Origin: a virus | Lineage: Duplodnaviria > Heunggongvirae > Uroviricota > Caudoviricetes | Strand: one strand, 5' to 3' | DNA: 5,002 bases | Virus record (IMG/VR): IMGVR_UViG_2675903396_000008 | Shown: piece by piece, positions 1-4,980 of the stretch | Numbering within the stretch: position 1 is the stretch's first letter | How the letters are laid out: each line of letters opens with the position of its first letter | Position numbers and translations under genes: made by a program | Notes under the pieces: generated by a model | Database searches by the model: none | The model's input: the letters and a program-made list of their open reading frames with translations, nothing else | Told to the model about the DNA's origin: nothing

Positions 1-9
1 GAGGCGCTT

Positions 10-402
10 ATGGCAAAAGTATTTACACCAGAAGAGCGGGAAGAAGTGAAGGCGCGCATTGTGGAATTCGTGCGCCTGAGCGGACGAGAAACTTTTCGAC
101 AACTGGCAGATAAAACGGGTGTCAGTAAGACCGCTATTCGTTGTTTATCTGGTGCGCTTGCGGCCAGTGGTGATGTCTGGCTCTCTGGTTGCGGGGTATT
201 TCCATCAGAGCAGGCGTATCGCGTATGGCGTAAGACACCGGAGAAGGCTGCTGACCCGACACTGATTCGAAAGTTACCTGACGGAGAAATACGTCGTTAC
301 AACAGACGGCAGAACATAATTTGTCGTGAGTGCCGCCAGAGCGAAGTTATGCAGCGTGTGCTGGCGTTCTATCGGGGAAACTTTCAGGAGGCGGTACTGT
401 GA
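10..402 (+). CDS. Hypothetical phage protein, 130 aa, with a helix-turn-helix-like segment (QLADKTGVSKTAIRCL) and a Cys-containing C-terminal motif (ICRECRQ)
   Basis: ATG at 10 preceded by GAGG at 1-4; open to TGA at 400-402. No stop in frame upstream, so the true start could lie outside the window. Product guessed from motif inspection only. Confidence 0.5.
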   Translation: MAKVFTPEEREEVKARIVEFVRLSGRETFRQLADKTGVSKTAIRCLSGALAASGDVWLSGCGVFPSEQAYRVWRKTPEKAADPTLIRKLPDGEIRRYNRRQNIICRECRQSEVMQRVLAFYRGNFQEAVL

Positions 403-458
403 GTGAATTAGCTATCAGGCTTCAATTGTCGCTGGCATTCGCATCAAAGGAGAATGAG

Positions 459-1043
459 ATGACCACTTTTACAAAAGAGCAGTTAATCAGTCATGTTAGT
501 GAAAATGTAAAGGCGATGAAATTTGCAGTAAAACAGACAGCATTCAAAAATTCTCTCGAGGCAATTGAGTTGGATTTAGCACTGGCCCTTGTTGCTCAGG
601 CTTCGCTGGAAGCAGAGCCCGTGCTTTATATGAATCGATTTACCGGAAAGACATTCTCACTGGAAGAGCAACCCGGTGCTGATAAGGAACCGGAAATATA
701 CGTGCCGCTATATGCTGCCCCGCCAGACAGCGCCGCCATGCTTCAGGCTGGAAACTTTCGGGAAAAGAAGGGTTCGTCAACCAATAATTTTCGGGAAATC
801 TCGGAAACGTCAACCAACTATCCGGTAACTCTGGATGGTTGGATAAGCTGTAGTGAGCGAATGCCGGATGACGGTCAGCACGTAATTATTTTATGTGATG
901 GCGCATTCGTTCTTTATGCGCAATATCGAGACGGTGAGTTTTTTGATGTAGTCCGTGATGGTGATGAATTTTTCGAAACACAGAGCCGCAATGTAACCGA
1001 CTGGATGCCGCTACCAGAACCGCCGCAGGAGGTGCGCCAATGA
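459..1043 (+). CDS. Phage protein, 194 aa, C-terminal region resembling the DUF551 family (WISCSERMPDDGQHVIILCDG...)
   Basis: ATG at 459 with AAGGAG at 447-452 (6-nt spacer); stop TGA at 1041-1043. An alternative in-frame GTG at 399 has AGGAGG at 386-391 and overlaps the upstream stop (GTGA). The ORF-track start at 330 overlaps the upstream gene and is rejected. DUF551 assignment is from memory. Confidence 0.6.
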   Translation: MTTFTKEQLISHVSENVKAMKFAVKQTAFKNSLEAIELDLALALVAQASLEAEPVLYMNRFTGKTFSLEEQPGADKEPEIYVPLYAAPPDSAAMLQAGNFREKKGSSTNNFREISETSTNYPVTLDGWISCSERMPDDGQHVIILCDGAFVLYAQYRDGEFFDVVRDGDEFFETQSRNVTDWMPLPEPPQEVRQ

Positions 1044-1123
1044 ACTGGCCTGAAGCATTTGCAATTACAGGCGTTGCTATGGCTATCGCTTTTTTAGTAT
1101 ATGTTATTTGTCGGTGGGGGTAA
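1040..1123 (+). CDS. Micro-ORF, 27 aa hydrophobic peptide (MNWPEAFAITGVAMAIAFLVYVICRWG), predicted single transmembrane helix
   Basis: ATG overlaps the upstream stop (ATGA at 1040-1043); AGGAGG at 1026-1031; stop TAA at 1121-1123. Too short for statistical gene calling; supported by the SD and coupling geometry. Confidence 0.4.
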   Translation: MNWPEAFAITGVAMAIAFLVYVICRWG

Positions 1124-1158
1124 AAACGTTCGCCGGGATTAACACCAAAGGAGGGAAT

Positions 1159-1263
1159 ATGTCGGATGATATTTTACTGGCAATGGAAGGTGCGCTGGCT
1201 GTTATTGCTGTTGTGGGCGTTTACTGCCTGGTTGTGTTTTTGATGGATCGACTAGGGAACTGA
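1159..1263 (+). CDS. Micro-ORF, 34 aa hydrophobic peptide (MSDDILLAMEGALAVIAVVGVYCLVVFLMDRLGN), predicted single transmembrane helix
   Basis: ATG at 1159 preceded by AAAGGAGGG at 1147-1155; stop TGA at 1261-1263. Confidence 0.45.
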   Translation: MSDDILLAMEGALAVIAVVGVYCLVVFLMDRLGN

Positions 1264-1271
1264 ATTCATTA

Positions 1272-1293
1272 CGATATGGGAATTCCCATATCG
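1272..1293. promoter_or_regulatory. Perfect 22-bp palindrome CGATATGGGAATTCCCATATCG; candidate operator for a dimeric DNA-binding protein, or an RNA hairpin
   Basis: Read directly from the sequence: the two 11-nt halves are exact reverse complements, centred on GAATTC. No T-run follows, so it is not a classical intrinsic terminator. It sits between the second micro-ORF and the hok locus. Confidence 0.5.
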
Positions 1294-1305
1294 GGTAAAA
1301 ACGGT

Positions 1306-1333
1306 TTGCGGTAAAGCGAGAGTTAAGTAGAAT
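1306..1333 (+). promoter_or_regulatory. Candidate promoter for the mok/hok mRNA (-35 TTGCGG at 1306-1311, 16-nt spacer, -10 TAGAAT at 1328-1333)
   Basis: Hexamer match only. A start near 1340 together with the terminator at 1733-1754 would give a transcript of roughly 400 nt, in line with known hok mRNAs. Confidence 0.25.
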
Positions 1334-1394
1334 TGCTGCGGGTGCTTGAGGCTATCTGCCTCGGGCATGAACACCAACGGCAGATAGAGAAAAG

Positions 1395-1460
1395 CCCCAG
1401 TTAACATTACGCGTCCGGCAAGACGCTTAACATTAATCTGAGGCCATATCTATGCTCTAC
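1395..1460 (-). ncRNA. sok: Candidate Sok-like antisense RNA covering the mok translation initiation region; boundaries approximate
   Basis: Inference from hok/sok architecture. A minus-strand promoter-like pair (-35 TTGCCT at plus 1495-1490, 17-nt spacer, -10 TAACCT at plus 1472-1467) would start transcription near 1460, antisense to the mok SD and start codon. I could not identify a terminator. Confidence 0.25.
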
Positions 1461-1664
1461 ACACGTAGGTTAGCCTCTTACGTGCCGAAAGGCAAGGAGA
1501 AGCAGGCTATGAAGCAGCAAAAGGCGATGTTAATTGCCCTGATCGTCATCTGTTTAACCGTCATAGTGACGGCACTGGTAACGAGGAAAGACCTCTGCGA
1601 GGTACGAATCCGAACCGGCCAGACGGAGGTCGCTGTCTTCACAGCTTACGAACCTGAGGAGTAA
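1452..1664 (+). CDS. mok: Mok-like leader reading frame, 70 codons, in frame with hok and ending at the same stop (N-terminal extension MLYTRRLASYVPKGKEKQA)
   Basis: ATG at 1452 is in frame with hok. The extension resembles my recollection of MokC (ML.T.R...K.KEK.AMKQ.K). In hok loci, mok translation is coupled to and required for hok translation. Confidence 0.5.
   Translation: MLYTRRLASYVPKGKEKQAMKQQKAMLIALIVICLTVIVTALVTRKDLCEVRIRTGQTEVAVFTAYEPEE
1509..1664 (+). CDS. hokD: Hok/Gef-family type I toxin, 51 aa (MKQQKAMLIALIVICLTVIVTALVTRKDLCEVRIRTGQTEVAVFTAYEPEE)
   Basis: ATG at 1509 with AAGGAGAAG just upstream; stop TAA at 1662-1664. The sequence matches my memory of E. coli HokD (RelF): single transmembrane helix, conserved C..R and TAYEP motifs. 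Family assignment is high confidence; the exact paralog is from memory. Confidence 0.85.
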   Translation: MKQQKAMLIALIVICLTVIVTALVTRKDLCEVRIRTGQTEVAVFTAYEPEE

Positions 1665-1732
1665 GAGACCAGGCGGGGGAGAAATCCCTCGCCACCTCTC
1701 ATGTGTCAGGCATCCTTAACGCACCCGCACTA

Positions 1733-1754
1733 AACCCGCTTCGGCGGGTTTTTT
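1733..1754 (+). terminator. Rho-independent terminator ending the hok transcript (stem AACCCGC / GCGGGTT, loop TTCG, T6 tail)
   Basis: Hairpin and T-run read directly from the sequence, about 70 nt after the hok stop. Confidence 0.65.
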
Positions 1755-1900
1755 GTTGCGCGCTGAATGCGCAGGGTGAAAAATAACCATATATTTGATT
1801 ATATACACAACAAAAAATAAAAGTCATTGTACCTGCACATTAAATAATCAAATATACGGCGTGAAATAAATATTTTTCAGATTAATATTTTTGTCTCTAT

Positions 1901-2152
1901 GTGGATATAACCGTTTGTACTTATAAACTCGGAGGCATCGTGGAAAAAATAAAGAAACTATTTAGTTGCAAATACGCAGTCATACGTCGTGATGACCTGT
2001 CAGTTATAGTCGAAATGGATTACTTCCCTGAAACCCCAAAATCAATGATGTATCGTAATGGTCGAAAGGCAATTTTTTTACCGATGAGGGTAAGTGACAT
2101 TATGGGAAATGATAAACTGCTGGATGAATTGCGAGTCAGAGCATCCTGTTAG
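1901..2152 (+). CDS. Small hypothetical protein, 83 aa, possibly Rem-like; alternative GTG start at 1940 gives 70 aa
   Basis: ATG at 1901 has no obvious SD; GTG at 1940 has GGAGG at 1931-1935 with a short 4-nt spacer. Stop at 2150-2152. In E. coli K-12 Qin, an 83-aa rem gene lies beside hokD, but I cannot recall its sequence, so the link rests on context and length only. Confidence 0.4.
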   Translation: MDITVCTYKLGGIVEKIKKLFSCKYAVIRRDDLSVIVEMDYFPETPKSMMYRNGRKAIFLPMRVSDIMGNDKLLDELRVRASC

Positions 2153-2223
2153 TATTGGCATTAATTCTGGTATACTACATAACGGGCTGAACACCCATTC
2201 TACTGCGCCAGCGGAGAACTACG

Positions 2224-2823
2224 ATGGCGCATATACAACTGGTCAAACAAACCTCTTCCGGATTACTTCTCCCGGCGACGCCGGAGAGTTGCGATTTTTT
2301 GCATCAAATCAAAATAGGTGAGTGGATACACGCAGACTTTAAGCGTGTGCGTAACTACGCATTCCACAAGCGTTTTTTCAAACTTCTGCAACTCGGATTC
2401 GATTACTGGACTCCGGTCGGTGGGGCGATCACTCCTCGCGAACGAAAACTGGTGTCCGGTTTCGTTGATTATCTGTGTGAATCAGTAGGCCGGGAACATA
2501 CGCCAGCTCTGAGCGAAGCCGCAGAGCAATATCTGAATACAGTTGCGACACGCAGAACCCGAGATACAGCATTGCTAAAGTCGTTTGAGGCTTTCCGCGA
2601 GTGGGTAACCATTCAGGCCGGATTTTACACCGAGCATATTTATCCGGACGGTAGCCGTGGGCGCAGGGCGAAATCCATCTCGTTTGCGAATATGGACGAA
2701 ACCGAGTTTCAGCAGGTTTATAAATCTGTGCTGAATGTACTGTGGAACTGGATCCTGTTCCGTAAATTTTCCTCTCCGGAACAAGTCGAAAATGTGGCCG
2801 CGCAGCTACTGGAGTTTGCGTAA
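2224..2823 (+). CDS. DUF1367-family phage protein, 199 aa
   Basis: ATG at 2224 with GGAG at 2211-2214; stop TAA at 2821-2823 overlaps the next start (TAATG). Family from memory; it conventionally precedes DUF1364 and Q in lambdoid prophages. Confidence 0.65.
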   Translation: MAHIQLVKQTSSGLLLPATPESCDFLHQIKIGEWIHADFKRVRNYAFHKRFFKLLQLGFDYWTPVGGAITPRERKLVSGFVDYLCESVGREHTPALSEAAEQYLNTVATRRTRDTALLKSFEAFREWVTIQAGFYTEHIYPDGSRGRRAKSISFANMDETEFQQVYKSVLNVLWNWILFRKFSSPEQVENVAAQLLEFA

Positions 2824-3113
2824 TGGTGGATTTACGTAAAGCGGCGCGGGGGCAGATGTGCACCGTCAGAATTCCTGGCTACTGCAATCACGATCCGGAA
2901 ACGTCTGTGCTGGCGCATTACCGACTGGCGGGAACGTGCGGAACAGCGATAAAGCCACACGATATGCAGGCAGCGATTGCCTGTAACTCATGCCACGATT
3001 TAATCGACGGGAGAGTAAAAACCAGCGATTACACCAAAGAAGAATTGCGCCTGATGCATGCAGAAGGTGTTTTTCGCACACAAGAGATCTGGAGAAAGGA
3101 CGGTTATTTATGA
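2823..3113 (+). CDS. DUF1364 / YbcO-like Cys/His-rich phage protein, 96 aa, putative nuclease
   Basis: ATG at 2823 overlaps the upstream stop; stop TGA at 3111-3113. Conserved-looking motifs RKAARG, C..RIPG.CN, ETSVLAH, IAC..CHD; length and motifs fit my recollection of DLP12 YbcO. Confidence 0.7.
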   Translation: MVDLRKAARGQMCTVRIPGYCNHDPETSVLAHYRLAGTCGTAIKPHDMQAAIACNSCHDLIDGRVKTSDYTKEELRLMHAEGVFRTQEIWRKDGYL

Positions 3114-3664
3114 TTTACCCAACGAACACAGGAAAAAGCGGAGAGCACCTTCGTCTCACCACGCTGGAAAGTGTCTGGATTCAGGGGAAACTACGTATGT
3201 GGGGGCGCTGGTCGTATATTGGCGGCGGTAAGACGGGAAATATGTTCAACCAGTTGCTGACCTCTAAAAAGCTGACAAAAACGGCAATTAACGAGGCGCT
3301 CCGGAGGATGAAAAAAGCAGGTCTGGACAAACCTAAACTTGAGGCTTTTTTGCGGGATATGATCAACGGCAAGCAAAAAAGCTGGCTGGTGCATTGTACC
3401 GATTCAGAGGCGTTAATAATCGACAGGGTTATTGGTGAAGTACTGGCAGGTTATCCCGGGCTGCTCAATGTTCTGAGTCAGCGTTATGTGGGGCGGGGGA
3501 TGACTAAGCGCAAAATGGCTGAACTGCTGAATGATGCACATCCGGAATGGAGTTTAAGAACCTGTGAAAGACGCATTGAGCATTGGCTAAAGGTGGCAGA
3601 ATTTATTTTGTACAAACCAATGGTTATGGCTTTTGGTATAGAGAAAAAAGTTATTGCTTTTTGA
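3110..3664 (+). CDS. Late-gene antitermination protein Q-like, 184 aa
   Basis: ATG at 3110 overlaps the upstream stop (ATGA); stop at 3662-3664. It sits directly upstream of a terminator and a tRNA cluster, the canonical Q position. The WG.W motif region resembles QuuD-type Q proteins as I remember them. The ORF-track start at 2990 overlaps the upstream gene and is rejected. Confidence 0.6.
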   Translation: MIYPTNTGKSGEHLRLTTLESVWIQGKLRMWGRWSYIGGGKTGNMFNQLLTSKKLTKTAINEALRRMKKAGLDKPKLEAFLRDMINGKQKSWLVHCTDSEALIIDRVIGEVLAGYPGLLNVLSQRYVGRGMTKRKMAELLNDAHPEWSLRTCERRIEHWLKVAEFILYKPMVMAFGIEKKVIAF

Positions 3665-3740
3665 CGTAAAAACTGCTTTAATTCCGGTAAGCTTAGCAAA
3701 GCTGTATCGCGAGGCGAACCAAACGCATGAACTTTACCAG
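3655..3740 (+). promoter_or_regulatory. Candidate late promoter PR' / qut region immediately after Q
   Basis: TTGACG at 3661-3666 overlaps the Q stop, as the -35 of lambda PR' does. I could not find a -10 hexamer at 16-18-nt spacing (the best, TAAGCT at 3688-3693, is 21 nt away), so this rests on position only. Confidence 0.3.
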
Positions 3741-3764
3741 AACCCGCCATTGAGCGGGTTTTTT
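3741..3764 (+). terminator. Rho-independent terminator, tR'-like (stem AACCCGC / GCGGGTT, loop CATTGA, T6 tail)
   Basis: Hairpin and T-run read directly, about 80 nt after the Q stop. Confidence 0.6.
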
Positions 3765-3803
3765 ATTGCGGAATTAATTACGGACCGTTATTATTCTGCT
3801 CCC

Positions 3804-3879
3804 GGCCCTTTAGCTCAGTGGTGAGAGCGAGCGACTCATAATCGCCAGGTCGCTGGTTCAAATCCAGCAAGGGCCACCA
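3804..3879 (+). tRNA. ileZ: tRNA-Ile2 (anticodon CAU, lysidine type), 76 nt with encoded CCA
   Basis: Cloverleaf folded by hand: 7-bp acceptor stem GGCCCTT/AAGGGCC, anticodon loop CTCATAA, T-loop TTCAAAT. Near-identical to my recollection of E. coli ileX, which makes it Ile2 rather than Met. Confidence 0.85.
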
Positions 3880-3888
3880 TATCACATA

Positions 3889-3965
3889 CCGCCATTAGCT
3901 CATCGGGACAGAGCGCCAGCCTTCGAAGCTGGCTGCGCGGGGTTCGAGCCCCCGATGGCGGTCCA
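3889..3965 (+). tRNA. argN: tRNA-Arg (anticodon UCG), 77 nt with encoded CCA
   Basis: Cloverleaf folded by hand: acceptor stem CCGCCAT/ATGGCGG, anticodon stem CCAGC/GCTGG, loop CTTCGAA, T-arm CGGGG-TTCGAGC-CCCCG. The symbol is assigned by its order in the Stx-phage ileZ-argN-argO array and is uncertain. Confidence 0.8.
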
Positions 3966-3978
3966 TTATCGGTATTCT

Positions 3979-4055
3979 GCGTTGTTAGCTCAGCCGGACA
4001 GAGCAATTGCCTTCTAAGCAATCGGTCAGTGGTTCGACTCCACTACAACGCGCCA
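3979..4055 (+). tRNA. argO: tRNA-Arg (anticodon UCU), 77 nt with encoded CCA
   Basis: Cloverleaf folded by hand: acceptor stem GCGTTGT/ACAACGC, anticodon stem ATTGC/GCAAT, loop CTTCTAA, T-loop TTCGACT. Symbol by array order, uncertain. Confidence 0.85.
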
Positions 4056-4068
4056 CACTTATTTTCCA

Positions 4069-4092
4069 GGCTCGCTTCGGCGGGCCTTTTTT
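4069..4092 (+). terminator. Rho-independent terminator after the tRNA cluster (stem GGCTCGC / GCGGGCC with one mismatch, loop TTCG, T6 tail)
   Basis: Hairpin and T-run read directly from the sequence. Confidence 0.55.
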
Positions 4093-4224
4093 GTATCTGC
4101 GCCACGCCCGGCGCATATCAACCACAGAGCCTTTCGGGGGTGAGCTTACGGAGTGGTCAGTGTGACTTTCTCTGTGGGCAGATCGCTCCCGGGCGTTGGC
4201 TCACCCACCCAAAGGAACGTCACG

Positions 4225-4531
4225 ATGTTTGGAATCTTCAAAAAGAAAACCCGCAGAGCGGCAGCGGAAATTAAAAAGTTTGAGAAACGCGATCTGGCAC
4301 AGGCGGTGATTAACGCTGCATACCTGGTGGCCTATGCAGATGGTGAATGCGAGGCATCCGAGAAAGCGAAGATCGAACAGGTCTTACGTAATCAGCCTGC
4401 GTTGTCTGCGTTTACCTCGGAAATTAATGCGATTAGCGCAACTATTATCGGTCAGCTGGATACCAATTTTAAAATTGGTCGTCGTGCCGCGTTACGCGAG
4501 ATTGAGGATGTGAAACACGATACGCGTGAAG
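4225..4531 (+). CDS. TerB-like domain protein, N-terminal 102 aa; the 3' end runs into the N-run
   Basis: ATG at 4225 with AAAGGAA at 4211-4217 (7-nt spacer). The motif AAYLVAYADGECEASEKAKIEQVL looks like the TerB tellurite-resistance fold as I remember it. The ORF-track start at 4153 has no SD. Confidence 0.55.
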
Positions 4532-4588
4532 NNNNNNNNNNNNNNNNNNNNNNNNNNNNNNNNNNNNNNNNNNNNNNNNNNNNNNNNN
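4532..4588. other. Run of 57 N: assembly gap or masked sequence
   Basis: Read directly. Coding frames on the two sides differ, so the N-run length is probably a placeholder. Confidence 0.95.
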
Positions 4589-4789
4589 CGGTGTTCTGGG
4601 TCTTCGTCTGGAGAATCACCTGTGACGGTAAAACTGCGCCTGGCTGTGGCTGCACTCCTGCTGTTTCTGGTGGTGATGGTGGATTTCACCAGCAGAATCA
4701 TGTCGGTGCTGGCGGATGGGGTGCTGGTCTGCGGCATTGTGGTATTGCTGTGGCCGGTGATAAAAAGAAACAGCCTGCATAATGCTTGA
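4589..4789 (+). CDS. C-terminal fragment (67 aa visible) of a membrane protein (...LAVAALLLFLVVMVDFTSRIMSVLADGVLVCGIVVLLWPVIKRNSLHNA); the 5' end lies in the N-run. Probably the same gene as 4225-4531.
   Basis: Frame 2 gives a protein-like hydrophobic sequence ending at TGA 4787-4789. Frame 1, the continuation of the 4225 ORF across the N-run, gives Gly-rich low-complexity sequence and is rejected. Confidence 0.45.
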   Translation, partial: RCSGSSSGESPVTVKLRLAVAALLLFLVVMVDFTSRIMSVLADGVLVCGIVVLLWPVIKRNSLHNA

Positions 4790-4956
4790 TTTTTTTGTTT
4801 GCTGTTTATTAAAAACACTTCTGCATGGTGAATCCCCCTGTGCGGAGGGGCGATCAGCAACCAGGTATATGGGATAATCGCGGATTCAGGTGCTGATACT
4901 GAATTCACCGGGAGGCACCCGGCACCATGCAAGAAAAAGAATGTGCATGCAAACAT

Positions 4957-4980
4957 GCCCCTCTCCGGAGGGGCTTTTTT
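4957..4980 (+). terminator. Strong hairpin with T6 tail (GCCCCTC-TCCG-GAGGGGC-TTTTTT); terminator or attenuator
   Basis: Perfect 7-bp GC-rich stem read directly. The 3' arm GGAGGGG sits 7 nt before the ATG at 4981 and could serve as its SD, suggesting structure-gated translation. Confidence 0.5.

Noticed and set aside
330-458. N-terminal part of the ORF-track ORF 330-1043, overlapping the 3' end of the upstream gene
   Set aside because: It lies out of frame inside the 10-402 gene and has no SD. Starts at 459 (or GTG 399) with strong SDs explain the gene better.
1264-1508. relBE-like toxin-antitoxin genes upstream of hok, as in E. coli K-12 Qin
   Set aside because: No ORF of suitable size, and none of the six-frame translations resembles RelE or RelB; the region instead carries the mok leader and non-coding elements.
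2094-2321. 75-aa + strand ORF bridging the Rem-like and DUF1367 genes
   Set aside because: It overlaps two better-supported genes in a different frame, has no SD, and its translation looks unprotein-like.
2429-2863. Minus-strand ORFs of 144 and 69 aa antisense to the DUF1367 gene
   Set aside because: Fully embedded antisense to a well-supported coupled operon; no SD seen; Arg/Pro-rich composition typical of spurious antisense frames.
2866-3750. Minus-strand ORFs (71, 63, 67, 88 aa) antisense to the YbcO-like and Q genes
   Set aside because: Antisense shadows of coding genes with no start signals; the last one also runs through the post-Q terminator region.
4060-4225. Shiga toxin or other AB5 toxin genes downstream of the tRNA cluster
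   Set aside because: No signal-peptide-bearing ORFs of the right size; the slot is occupied by the TerB-like gene.
3836-4274. ORFs 3836-4021 (-) and 4029-4274 (+) overlapping the tRNA genes and the TerB leader
   Set aside because: They overlap clearly folded tRNA cloverleaves and a terminator; the tRNAs fully explain the sequence.
4153-4782. 209-aa ORF reading straight through the N-run in frame 1
   Set aside because: An artefact of translating N as X. After the gap, frame 1 gives Gly-rich low-complexity sequence, whereas frame 2 gives a coherent membrane-protein C-terminus. The start at 4153 lacks an SD, whereas 4225 has one.
4452-4956. Minus-strand ORFs of 67 and 154 aa spanning the N-run
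   Set aside because: They depend on reading through the gap, are antisense to the TerB-like gene and have no SD.
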